A DNA stretch of 64,000 nucleotides from Gammaproteobacteria bacterium (GTDB lineage Bacteria; Pseudomonadota; Gammaproteobacteria; Eutrophobiales; Eutrophobiaceae), in contig CAXMWX010000009.1 of NCBI GenBank assembly GCA_963422205.2, forward strand, positions 160,001 through 224,000, given 5' to 3'. Shown piece by piece: positions 28,317 through 37,658 of this stretch. How positions within the stretch are numbered: position 1 is the stretch's first letter; the number at the start of each line of letters is the position of its first letter. The notes beneath the pieces were generated by a model. It was not told the DNA's origin, did not search any database, and saw only the letters and a program-made list of their open reading frames with translations. The translations under genes were made by a program, and so were the position numbers.

Positions 28317-28876
28317 GCGTGGCCGACCTCCGTTGATATTTGGTGGCTGTCAAAACCCAGCAGGGAGGTGGCCGAAGTCCAGCGATGTTTGCACGGTGTG
28401 TTGAAGATGATCTCGGCATCCACCGGGCCGCTTAACCAGGCGTTGCCCTTGATCTCGGCTTCCAGCTGTCCTGAGGCCCAGCCAGCATAGCCCAGGGCGA
28501 TGAGCAGATGTTTCGGCCCCTCGCCGGCGGCAATGGCCTCCAGGATATCGCACGAGGTGGTCATGCCCAGATCATCGCTGATCTGGATGGAGGAAGCCCA
28601 GGTCTCATTCGGATGATGCAACACGAATCCTCGTTCGATTTGCACCGGGCCGCCATGGTAGACCGGCAGATGTTCAATCTCTTCATTCACCGATTCCAGT
28701 TCCATTTGCTGAATGATCTCGCCGAATTCCAACTCCAGCGGGCGGTTGATGACAATACCCATGGCGCCCTCTTCATTATGAGCGCAGATATAGGTCACCG
28801 TATGGTGGAAGTTCGGATCGGCCAGGGTAGGCATGGCGATCAGGAACTGGTTGGTCAGGTTGCTGCTGTTCATCAT
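28313..28876 (-). CDS. yqgE: YqgE/AlgH-family protein
   Basis: FLIAMP, GAMGIVINRP, GGPV, LGYAGW. Confidence 0.95.
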   Translation of the reverse strand: MMNSSNLTNQFLIAMPTLADPNFHHTVTYICAHNEEGAMGIVINRPLELEFGEIIQQMELESVNEEIEHLPVYHGGPVQIERGFVLHHPNETWASSIQISDDLGMTTSCDILEAIAAGEGPKHLLIALGYAGWASGQLEAEIKGNAWLSGPVDAEIIFNTPCKHRWTSATSLLGFDSHQISTEVGHA

Positions 28877-28953
28877 CGCTATAGTAGCGGGATCTGCGAT
28901 AAAAGACTATCCATGATTGCTGGCCGCTTTGATATGAATAAAATTTATGCTTT

Positions 28954-29943
28954 TTATCGAAAGCCGCGATTGTTAAGAAACTGCCAGGTACGGGTGATGT
29001 GCAAGATGTCAATGTCCTTTCTGATGGCCGGTGGGAATGGTGCGAATGGTGCCGCCAGCTTGACAATACGTATGGCGGCATCGTCCAGTAATTTATGCCC
29101 GGATGAGCGGCGGATCACGATTTGGTTGACGCTGCCATCGGGGTTCAGGGCGACATCCAGGATCAGGCTGCCGCTGATGTTGCGCCTTCTCGCCTCTTCC
29201 GGGTAGTTCAGGTTGCCCACTCGCTCCACCTTGGCGCGCCATCCTTCCATGTAGGCGGCATATTTATATTCCCTCGTGCTGGCGGAGACAAATTTACGCT
29301 TTGGCCGGTCCGCCTTGGTTTTAAGTTTTTGTTTGATCTCGGCGCTCAGCGCGGCGATTTTGAAGCTGTTAGTGAGCAGTGCGGTGGCACTGGGACGTTT
29401 TCTCTGTTCGGGCTTGCTGGTCTGCTCATCCTTCACCGCCTCGGGTGCAGGCGCCGGTTGTGCCTCTGCCACCTCGGTGGCTGCCTGTTCTGCTTCCGTA
29501 TTTTCGACAGCGATCTGATCAAGCTGCTCGGACGGCGGCCTGGCTTCCGGCGTTGCCTGCTGCACAGCTTCTGTCGCCGCTGGCGCCGGTTGTGCCTCGC
29601 TCGGTGGCGGTGCCGCCAGTTCCGGCTGATTGTCCGGGAAAGGCGGCGGCAGCGGTGTTGCCGGGCGGCTGTTCTCCTCAGTGATCTCGCCGCCCCCATC
29701 CAGGCTGGCCTGTGCCAGCACTTTTGCCTCATCATCGCTCTGGCTTTGCTGCTGTACCAGCACGATCTCCATCGATTCATAACGTGGCGGCGGGTCATCC
29801 TCGGGGGCAAAAGTCACGCCCAGGATGATAACGCCGTGCAGAATAAGCGCCAGACACAGGGTCATGCTGAGCCGGTCAGTCGGCGTGATTTCAGGTGGGG
29901 TTTCGAGACTCGCCCGGGGGCTTATGGCTACGGTGGCACTCAC
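28954..29943 (-). CDS. tonB: TonB-family energy transducer
   Basis: N-terminal TM helix, Pro/Ala-rich linker, GNLNYP, SSGHKLLDDAA, ITRTWQF; GTG start inferred. Confidence 0.88.
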   Translation of the reverse strand: MSATVAISPRASLETPPEITPTDRLSMTLCLALILHGVIILGVTFAPEDDPPPRYESMEIVLVQQQSQSDDEAKVLAQASLDGGGEITEENSRPATPLPPPFPDNQPELAAPPPSEAQPAPAATEAVQQATPEARPPSEQLDQIAVENTEAEQAATEVAEAQPAPAPEAVKDEQTSKPEQRKRPSATALLTNSFKIAALSAEIKQKLKTKADRPKRKFVSASTREYKYAAYMEGWRAKVERVGNLNYPEEARRRNISGSLILDVALNPDGSVNQIVIRRSSGHKLLDDAAIRIVKLAAPFAPFPPAIRKDIDILHITRTWQFLNNRGFR

Positions 29944-30064
29944 GTTATCCGGTCTTTGCTTCGGCAGGGGCTTTAGTATAATTGCAACATGATAGAAAAC
30001 TAAAATGATTTCTATATGGTTACATTGACAATGCCCTGTCATCCAACAAGTCAGGCTATCTCTA

Positions 30065-30730
30065 TGATCGAAGCATTCGCCAAAAATATCCCATCGCAAC
30101 CCTTAAAGACATCAGGATCGGTTTTTTATTCTGGGCGAGACGCCTTCTCATGCAAAGCAGATTACTACCTGTTAGGTATTAATCCGGGTGGAGATCCGGG
30201 CAAGATAAGCAAGCGAGACTATTGAATGGCATACCAGGCGGGTGTTGCAATCTGACCCTGATGATTGGTCAGCGTATCGTGATGAATCATGGAAAGGTCT
30301 CCCCCCGGGCACATCAGGATTGCAGCAAAGGGTATTGCACGTGTTTAATCGGCTTGGCTATCAGGCAGGTGTAGTTCCAGCAAGCCATGTTGTCTTTCCA
30401 AGGTCCAAGCGCGAAAATGATATTACGCATGAGTTTCGGCGATTAGCCGAGGAATGCTGGCCGCCTCATCAAGCGGTAATAGATAAATTGGAACCCAGGG
30501 CTATCTTATGTCTCGGAAAACGCGCTGGAGAGATTGTGCGAGAAAGAGTTGCCGCCAACCGCCAGATAGATGAATTCATTGAAAACTATGATAAACGTAG
30601 CTGGGGCAGCCGGGCTTATCAAAGTGCTGATGGCAGTAAAGTCATCGTGCTCACACATCCGGGCCGGGCGGATTGGACTGCACCTGAGGCAGACCCAACG
30701 GCAATGATCCGCCGGGTCATCAAGGCTTAA
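30065..30730 (+). pseudogene. Frameshifted uracil-DNA glycosylase-superfamily-like gene
   Basis: GSVFYSG...LLGINPGGDP, frameshift near 30210, ETIEWHTRRVL...ILCLG...VLTHP; the GxNPG and C-terminal HP motifs are UDG-like. Confidence 0.55.
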
Positions 30731-31668
30731 CCCCGCTTGTCGGCCAGCAGATCCATCAACTGACCGCCGATATCCAGACCATACAGGGCATCCAGTTCTC
30801 GTATGCAGGTGGGGCTGGTGACGTTGATCTCGGTTAAATACTCGCCAATCACGTCCAGCCCGACGAACACCAGGCCCATGGCTTTTAGGCGGGGGCCGAC
30901 CTGCTGGCAAATCCAGCGATCATGGGCAGACAGGGCAACGCCTTCGCCGTGTCCGCCGGCGGCCAGGTTGCCACGACTCTCGCCCGGCCTTGGGATGCGC
31001 GCCAGGGCGTAGTCCAGGGGCTGCCCGTCCAGCAATAAAATACGTTTATCGCCAGCGCTGATCTCCGGTATGAATTTTTGCGCCATGGCGAACCGGGAGG
31101 CATGTGCTGTGACTGTTTCAATGATGACATTGGTATTCAGATCGCCCGCATTGATCCTGAACACAGAAGCACCGCCCATGCCGCCCAGCGGCTTTAATAC
31201 GATCTGTTTATGCTCGGCAAGAAATGCCTTGATGCGCCAGGCCGACCGGCTGATCAGCGTGGGGGCGATACAGTGTGGAAACTGTTTGATGAAAAATTTC
31301 TCGTTGACCGTACGCAGGCTGGCGGGATTGTTGACGATCAGGGTGCCTGCCGCTGCCACATATTCCAGCAGGTAGCTGGCATAGATATACTCCATGTCAA
31401 ACGGCGGGTCTTTACGCATGAGAATGATATCAAGCTCGGCCAGTGCGATATCTGTCTCATCGATAAATTCATGCCAGCACTGAAGGTCGGCCATCACCTT
31501 GAGCCGTCTCGCCATCGCCCTTGGTACATCAGCGGCAAATGTCAAATCGCCCAGTTCCATGTAGAACAACTCCCAGCCACGTGATTGTGCCGCCAGCAGC
31601 ATCGCCAGGCTGCTATCTTTGTGGTAATTGATCCCGGCAATGGGATCCATAATGATGCCCAGCTTCAT
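30727..31668 (-). CDS. gshB: Glutathione synthetase
   Basis: MDPI, KDSS, MRKDPPFD, RGNLAAGG, EINVTSPT. Confidence 0.98.
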   Translation of the reverse strand: MKLGIIMDPIAGINYHKDSSLAMLLAAQSRGWELFYMELGDLTFAADVPRAMARRLKVMADLQCWHEFIDETDIALAELDIILMRKDPPFDMEYIYASYLLEYVAAAGTLIVNNPASLRTVNEKFFIKQFPHCIAPTLISRSAWRIKAFLAEHKQIVLKPLGGMGGASVFRINAGDLNTNVIIETVTAHASRFAMAQKFIPEISAGDKRILLLDGQPLDYALARIPRPGESRGNLAAGGHGEGVALSAHDRWICQQVGPRLKAMGLVFVGLDVIGEYLTEINVTSPTCIRELDALYGLDIGGQLMDLLADKRG

Positions 31669-31767
31669 CGGCTTGCTGTGCGTATGTCAGTTTTCCGGTT
31701 GAGGTGCTGGCGTTTCGGCATTAGTGTAAGCATGATGGCGGGGACATGGTAAGAGTCTATCGTAATC

Positions 31768-32703
31768 ATGCCAAAGAAAACATTACGTATCGTCAGTCGG
31801 GAAAGCCCGCTTGCTCTATGGCAGGCGGGCCATGTCCGCACGCATTTACTGACCCACCACCCGGGGCTTGAGATCAGCATTATCGGCATCAGCACAGCCG
31901 CCGATCGTTTTCTTGACCGAAGCCTGGCAAGCATGGGCGGTAAAGGCGTGTTTGTGAAAGAGCTGGAACAGGCCCTCCTGGCGGGCGATGCAGACATGGC
32001 GGTGCATTCGATGAAGGATGTCACGGTGGATTTGCCAGCACAGCTGGCCCTGCCCGTGATCATGCGGCGGGAAGACCCGACCGATGTGCTGGTATCGAAC
32101 CAGTTCAGCACCTTATCTGCCTTGCCGGAAGGGGCGTGTATCGGCACGTCCAGTTTGCGCCGACAATGCCAGCTCAAGGCCTGGCGTCCTGATCTGCGGT
32201 TTGTGGGCATACGCGGCAATATCGCGACCCGGCTGGCGCGGCTGGATGCCGGTGATTATGATGCCCTGATCCTGGCGGCGGCCGGGCTGAAGCGTCTTAA
32301 CTTGCAGCACCGTATTCAAGAGCATATCGCCGTGGATGTCCTCCTGCCAGCGGTTGGGCAGGGGGCGCTGGGTATCGAAACCCGGGCGGATGATGAGCAG
32401 ACACAGGCACTGATAGCCGTATTACATGACAGCCGGACGGCGACATGCGTGACTGCCGAGCGGGCGTTTAGCCGTTGTCTTTATGGCGGCTGTCATTTGC
32501 CCATTGCCGCGTATGCCACCCTTTTGCAGGATAAGCTCATGCTCCGTGGCCTGGTTGGCAGGCCGGATGGTTCGGAGGTGATCCGGCAGACGGCGACTGG
32601 CGGACGGGCGGCTGAAAGACTGGGGGCTGTTCTTGGTCGGCGGCTGCTGGAGCAGGGGGCGGATAACATTCTCCAAGGGCTTGGGGTAGATGCAGATCGA
32701 TGA
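31768..32703 (+). CDS. hemC: Porphobilinogen deaminase
   Basis: RESPLALWQA, GGKGVFVKELE, AVHSMKD, GTSSLRR, GGCHLPI. Confidence 0.98.
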   Translation: MPKKTLRIVSRESPLALWQAGHVRTHLLTHHPGLEISIIGISTAADRFLDRSLASMGGKGVFVKELEQALLAGDADMAVHSMKDVTVDLPAQLALPVIMRREDPTDVLVSNQFSTLSALPEGACIGTSSLRRQCQLKAWRPDLRFVGIRGNIATRLARLDAGDYDALILAAAGLKRLNLQHRIQEHIAVDVLLPAVGQGALGIETRADDEQTQALIAVLHDSRTATCVTAERAFSRCLYGGCHLPIAAYATLLQDKLMLRGLVGRPDGSEVIRQTATGGRAAERLGAVLGRRLLEQGADNILQGLGVDADR

Positions 32704-33499
32704 CACTGCGCTTGCTGGCCGCTGCGTACTGGTCACTCGGCCTGAGTCTCAGGCGAGCGGCCTGTGTCAGTTGATTGAGCAATCAGGCGGCCGTGCGATA
32801 CGCTTGCCGACCATTGCCATCAGGGCGCGGCAATTATCGGCTGAACAGCACCAGGCGGCACTCAAACAGATTGCTGACAGCGAGCTGATCATCTTCATCA
32901 GCCAAACCGCCGTACAGCAGTTTGAGCGGCAGTTTGCCGGACAGCTTGCTGCATTACAGGGCAAGCAGCTTGTGGCCATGGGCGATAGCACCCGAACGCA
33001 TCTGGCCAAGCATCACATCGGCGATGTGCTGTCAGTTGAATCGGGCATGGGCAGCGAGGCGCTGCTGGATTTGCCGCCATTAGCTGCCCATGCCGTAGTG
33101 GCAAAGCGGATTTTGATTGTGAAGGGCGATGGCGGCCGGGCGTTGCTGTACGATAGCCTGCATGAGCGTGGTGCCAGTTTGCACACGCTGGAGTTATACC
33201 GGCGAGATAAACCACAGACAAGCCGCCTGCAATTAACTACAATCTGGAATCACTCAAGGCCCGACAGCATGATTTTTACCAGTGGTGAAGGCATGGCTAA
33301 TTTCCTTGAGATGACCGCGGCGGTTGATCTTGCCGGCCTGTACAGAACACCGGCACTGGTCTTTGGCGGGCGCATCGCCGCCCTGGCACAGGCGGCCGGT
33401 TTTGCCCATGTCAGGCAGGTGGATATGGCCAGTGATGATGCCTTGTTGCGGGCCTTGTATCAATTACACAGGGTAGAGAATTCTAAGGTAGAGAATTAA
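32690..33499 (+). CDS. hemD: Uroporphyrinogen-III synthase
   Basis: VLVTRP, IFIS, SEALL, GDGGR, FTS; follows hemC. Confidence 0.92.
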   Translation: MQIDDTALAGRCVLVTRPESQASGLCQLIEQSGGRAIRLPTIAIRARQLSAEQHQAALKQIADSELIIFISQTAVQQFERQFAGQLAALQGKQLVAMGDSTRTHLAKHHIGDVLSVESGMGSEALLDLPPLAAHAVVAKRILIVKGDGGRALLYDSLHERGASLHTLELYRRDKPQTSRLQLTTIWNHSRPDSMIFTSGEGMANFLEMTAAVDLAGLYRTPALVFGGRIAALAQAAGFAHVRQVDMASDDALLRALYQLHRVENSKVEN

Positions 33500-34563
33500 T
33501 GCAGACAGATGTTATCAGCACAGAAGAGGCCAATGTGAAAGGACAAGACAACACGGCTGAAGAGCCGCCCGGCCCCAGGCGCTGGCCGGTGCTTGTGCTG
33601 CTGCTTTTGCTGCTCATCGGGGCCAGCGGTTATTTTTATTTACAGTTGCGATCATCACAGGCCGGTGTCGATGAGCAGTCGGCACAGGTGCGAGCGCCGT
33701 TGTCGAACACCACAGAGCAACTGGCCGGTCTAAAACAGCAAACCGACTCCCTGGCAATGAGTCTACAGGCCATGGATGCACGGCTGGATAAATTGCGCCT
33801 GGATTTTGCCGCCCTGCATCAGCATAACAACAGCGATGCAGGCTGGGCGCTGGCCGAGGTGAGGCATTTGCTGGTGATGGCCTCGCACCGTTTGCTGCTG
33901 GAGAGAGACATCACCGCCGCCCTGCCGGCATTGCAAACCGCCGATCAGCAGTTGCAGCAGCTGCCTGATCCCGCCTTGCTTGCCGTCCGGCAACCGCTTA
34001 TGACCACCATCAACGACTTAATAGCCATCGAGCAGATTGATATACCGGCTTTGAGTCTGTTCTTGGGTGATTTGGCGCATCGCACACACCGCCTGCCGCT
34101 GAACACCATGATCCTGACGGCAAGTGAAACCATCGCCGTGCAGACAGATGAATCGCCGCCGGCATCAGGCTGGTGGGATTTGCCCGGCCTTATCTGGCAG
34201 GAGTTGAAATCGCTGGTGCATGTCAGCCGGGCTGGCGAACAGGCCGTTGCCACGTTACTGCCTGAACAGCGTTATTTTCTGTATCAGAATCTGCGCCTGC
34301 AAGCCGAGTCGGCCCGGCTGGCGGTATTGCTGGGAGATGAGCCTGCCTTCAAAGATGCCGTGCAGTTGATTATTAGCTGGTTACAGCAGTATTTTGATAC
34401 GCAGGATAATGAGGTGCTTGCGGCGCTTGATTCGCTGGAGAGAATGCTGGTGATGGAGCTTGACTATGCAGTGCCTAGCCTCTCTCATGCCATCGCTGCA
34501 CTGGATGCGTATATTGCCAGCCAGTCAGAGCAGCGCCGGTCGATGACAGCAACTGACGAATGA
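33499..34563 (+). CDS. hemX: HemX-family membrane protein
   Basis: TM helix and coiled coil, WALAEVRHL, FLYQNLRL, WLQQYFD. Confidence 0.9.
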   Translation: MQTDVISTEEANVKGQDNTAEEPPGPRRWPVLVLLLLLLIGASGYFYLQLRSSQAGVDEQSAQVRAPLSNTTEQLAGLKQQTDSLAMSLQAMDARLDKLRLDFAALHQHNNSDAGWALAEVRHLLVMASHRLLLERDITAALPALQTADQQLQQLPDPALLAVRQPLMTTINDLIAIEQIDIPALSLFLGDLAHRTHRLPLNTMILTASETIAVQTDESPPASGWWDLPGLIWQELKSLVHVSRAGEQAVATLLPEQRYFLYQNLRLQAESARLAVLLGDEPAFKDAVQLIISWLQQYFDTQDNEVLAALDSLERMLVMELDYAVPSLSHAIAALDAYIASQSEQRRSMTATDE

Positions 34564-35828
34564 AATTTCTGTTAATCGTACTCGCCGGGCTGCTCATTGC
34601 GCTGCTGCTGGGCAATACCTTCGCTGCCGATCCTGGCCATATCGTCTTTACCTGGGGTGAGTGGCTGATTCAAACCAGTCTGGGGGTGTTTGTCTTTGCC
34701 TTCGTGTCGTTGCTGCTGGTTTGCAGCTATCTCTTTATCTTTGTCGGTCGCCTGTTGGCCTTGCCCCGGCGGTATGCCCGCTGGCGTGAATACAAAAATC
34801 ACAGACAGGCTGAACACTACCTGAGTAACGGCATGTTATCCATGCTGGAGGGCAACTGGTGGCAGGCCGAGGTGGCGTTTCGCAAAGCGGCGCGCTACAG
34901 CAAAAAACCGGTAGCGAATTATCTGGGGGCGGCACGTGCAGCACAGTTGCAAGGGCAGATCGAACGGCGTGATCATTATCTTCGTATGGCACAGGCGGGG
35001 GATGATAATCCCCCCTTGGCCGTGGCCTTGACCCAGGCTGAATTGCAGCTGGGTCAGAAACAGTACCGGGAGGCCCACGCTACCTTAAAAAAACTCAGCA
35101 CGGCAAGCCCTCGGCATGAACAGGTCAAGTTGTTATTGTTGGATGCGACCACGGCATTAAAACACTGGCAACAGGCGGTTGAACTGCTGCAACAGTTCGG
35201 CGGCAGAAGCCTGTTATCTGCTGATGAGATAAAGGCCCGGCAGGTGGCCGCCTATGTCGGCCTGCTACAGGAAACCGGAATGCAGCATGGCCGGGAAGGA
35301 TTACAGCAGCTTTGGCAGGCCATCCCGGCCCGGCTGCGACAGGACAGCTATCTGCTGGCAAGCTATGTGCAGGAGCGTCTGCGCTTTGGTGAGACGCTGG
35401 ACTGTGAAGCCATGCTGCACAAAGCGATTAAAAAGCACTGGGAGCCGGAATTGGTCCGGCTGTTCGGTCTGGTGAATGGCAAAAATCCCGGTGCCCAGCT
35501 TGCCTCCATGGAAAAATTTCTCACACCGCACCCGCAGGATGCCGTGCTGCTGTTAAGCCTGGGGCGCTTGAGCGGGAAAAATAATCTGTGGGGCAAGGCC
35601 AGGGCATATCTGGAGCAGAGCATTGCTGCACAACCCAATCCGGAGGCCTATCAGGAACTTGCCGACCTACTGCAACGCCAGGGGGATGCAGCCGCCGCCC
35701 AATACTACCAGGCGGGGCTGGCTGTCGCTACACAACTGTCAAATCAGCCGGACAGCACCGCCATCGCCCCTCTGGCAGAGGAGGCGGCTGTTGCGGGCGG
35801 CGAGGTTGAAGGTAACTCAAAAGCCTAG
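34560..35828 (+). CDS. hemY: HemY-family TPR membrane protein
   Basis: DPGHI, EGNW, RDHYL, LWGKARAYLE; position in hemCDXY. Confidence 0.9.
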   Translation: MKFLLIVLAGLLIALLLGNTFAADPGHIVFTWGEWLIQTSLGVFVFAFVSLLLVCSYLFIFVGRLLALPRRYARWREYKNHRQAEHYLSNGMLSMLEGNWWQAEVAFRKAARYSKKPVANYLGAARAAQLQGQIERRDHYLRMAQAGDDNPPLAVALTQAELQLGQKQYREAHATLKKLSTASPRHEQVKLLLLDATTALKHWQQAVELLQQFGGRSLLSADEIKARQVAAYVGLLQETGMQHGREGLQQLWQAIPARLRQDSYLLASYVQERLRFGETLDCEAMLHKAIKKHWEPELVRLFGLVNGKNPGAQLASMEKFLTPHPQDAVLLLSLGRLSGKNNLWGKARAYLEQSIAAQPNPEAYQELADLLQRQGDAAAAQYYQAGLAVATQLSNQPDSTAIAPLAEEAAVAGGEVEGNSKA

Positions 35829-36493
35829 CCAGGCATACTGCGGCTGCTCTTCAGCCAGCGCAGCAGAGGCTCCCACTGCTCTCTGTCATACAGGGTCTTT
35901 GAGGGGGAAAATTCAAATATCGTGATCCCCCTCTCTGCCGCTTTGATATAGTTCTGGCTTGCCCGCAGCAGGGTGATAAAGGGGAGTTTTTGTCCGCCCG
36001 GCAGCGTGATATCGTGCAGATAGTTCTCCAGCTTTGCGGCGGCAATCGTATCTTCACGCACACGATTGGCGACCGTGGCCAGCTTGATTTTTTTATTGAT
36101 CAGCCTTCTATGTCCATATAATTCAGCGATGAAGTGTTCAGCCGCACGTATGTCCAGCGGCGAGGCCATCATCGGAATAACAGCCGTTTCCGCCAGCTTG
36201 ACGTAATTGGCGAGCCTTCCCCCGCGCACCGAGGCGGGCGTGTCAATCACCAGCATGTCGGGCCTTGCCTTGCCCTGGCCCTGAATCTGAATTTTATCGC
36301 CGCTGATCCTGACGGGGCGGATGAGCGGTACATCGGCTGGCCGTGCCGCCAGCCAGTCATTGCAGGATGATTGCGGGTCGCAGTCGGCCAGGGCGACTTT
36401 CTTGCCCTGTGTCGCAAAATAGCCGGCGATATTCATGGCGAGTGTGCTTTTGCCACACCCCCCCTTGGCGTTGAGAATCAGGATGGAGCGCAT
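35825..36493 (-). CDS. Orphan short ParA/MinD-family ATPase
   Basis: NAKGGCGKST, DCDPQ, VIDTP; no parB partner adjacent. Confidence 0.9.
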   Translation of the reverse strand: MRSILILNAKGGCGKSTLAMNIAGYFATQGKKVALADCDPQSSCNDWLAARPADVPLIRPVRISGDKIQIQGQGKARPDMLVIDTPASVRGGRLANYVKLAETAVIPMMASPLDIRAAEHFIAELYGHRRLINKKIKLATVANRVREDTIAAAKLENYLHDITLPGGQKLPFITLLRASQNYIKAAERGITIFEFSPSKTLYDREQWEPLLRWLKSSRSMPG

Positions 36494-36602
36494 GGTGTCT
36501 CCTTAAATCATGGTTCTGTTCTATGGTGACTGTCTTAATACTGGTACGCTGGCGGGTTTGTCAACTCCAATTCCAGAAATCGCCGTTATTGCATTGCACA
36601 AT

Positions 36603-37487
36603 TTAACCGCCTGCTGCTGTGCGTTGTTCCGCCACCAGCCCTTTGATAAGGGGATCCATGATCAACTGAATGGATAAATCCGTTTTGCCGGCGGGTACGA
36701 CAATCGTGTACGGCGTGGACATGAACGAGCCGTTGATCATCTTCAGCAGATAAAGAAAATCGATGTGGCATTTCTGCCGGTTGCGGATATGGATGACGGT
36801 AAAGCTCTCATCATTGGTCGGGATCTGCACCGCACCGAAGGGGTTGGCGGTATCAACAGTCGGCACCCGCTGAAAATTGATGTCGGTGCGGGAGAACTGC
36901 GGCGTGATGTAGTGGACGTAATCGTGCATGCGCTCAAGGATCATATTGGTGGCATCTTCGGCGCTGTAGCCACGCACGTCTTTGTCTCGGTAGATCTTCT
37001 GTATCCATTCCAGGTTGATGATCGGGGTCACGCCGATCAGCAGGTCGGCATACTGATGAATGTCGTGCTCTGCTGTCACCAGGCCGCCGTGCAGCCCCTC
37101 ATAAAATAACAAATCCGTGGGCACCGGCAGACTCTGCCAGGGCGTCAGGGTTCCGGGCGGGTGGCCGTAGGCTGCCGCCTCGGCATCATTGTGGATATAA
37201 TGTCGCCGCCTGCCGGTACCGCTTTCACCATAGCCCCTGAACAGCGCCTCCAGCTCGCTGAACAGATTGCCCTCCGGGCCGAAATGCGTCACGCTCCTCC
37301 CCTCCCGGGCAGCGGCCGCAACCACTTTGTCCATCTGCTCACGATCATGGCGGTGAAAGCTGTCGCCCTGGATCAGTGCGGCGGTCAAGCCCTGGCGGCG
37401 AAAGATGTGTTCAAAGGCCACGGTGACGCTGCTGGTGCCGGCCCCTGATGAGCCGGTGACGGCAATGATTGGGTGTCTGGTTGACAT
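36603..37487 (-). CDS. prkB: Phosphoribulokinase, proteobacterial type
   Basis: HPIIAVTGSSGAGT, GDSFHR, YEGLHG, INLEWIQK, NFQRVPTVDT. Confidence 0.95.
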   Translation of the reverse strand: MSTRHPIIAVTGSSGAGTSSVTVAFEHIFRRQGLTAALIQGDSFHRHDREQMDKVVAAAAREGRSVTHFGPEGNLFSELEALFRGYGESGTGRRRHYIHNDAEAAAYGHPPGTLTPWQSLPVPTDLLFYEGLHGGLVTAEHDIHQYADLLIGVTPIINLEWIQKIYRDKDVRGYSAEDATNMILERMHDYVHYITPQFSRTDINFQRVPTVDTANPFGAVQIPTNDESFTVIHIRNRQKCHIDFLYLLKMINGSFMSTPYTIVVPAGKTDLSIQLIMDPLIKGLVAEQRTAAGG

Positions 37488-37658
37488 GCTTGATGCGTAA
37501 ATCCTGAAGGCGGCTTGTGCTGGGGCACCCGTTAAGTCACTAATGCACCAAGTATCGCACAATTAGCGGGCATAATCAGCCGGCCAGCCGGCATGGGTTT
37601 GAGATTTTGATATTGTATACTTTTAAGTTGCCTAACCGGAGCGAAAGTCCGTCTGAAT

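Noticed and set aside
31665-32219. 184-aa ORF upstream of gshB
   Set aside because: Antisense to hemC with no motifs
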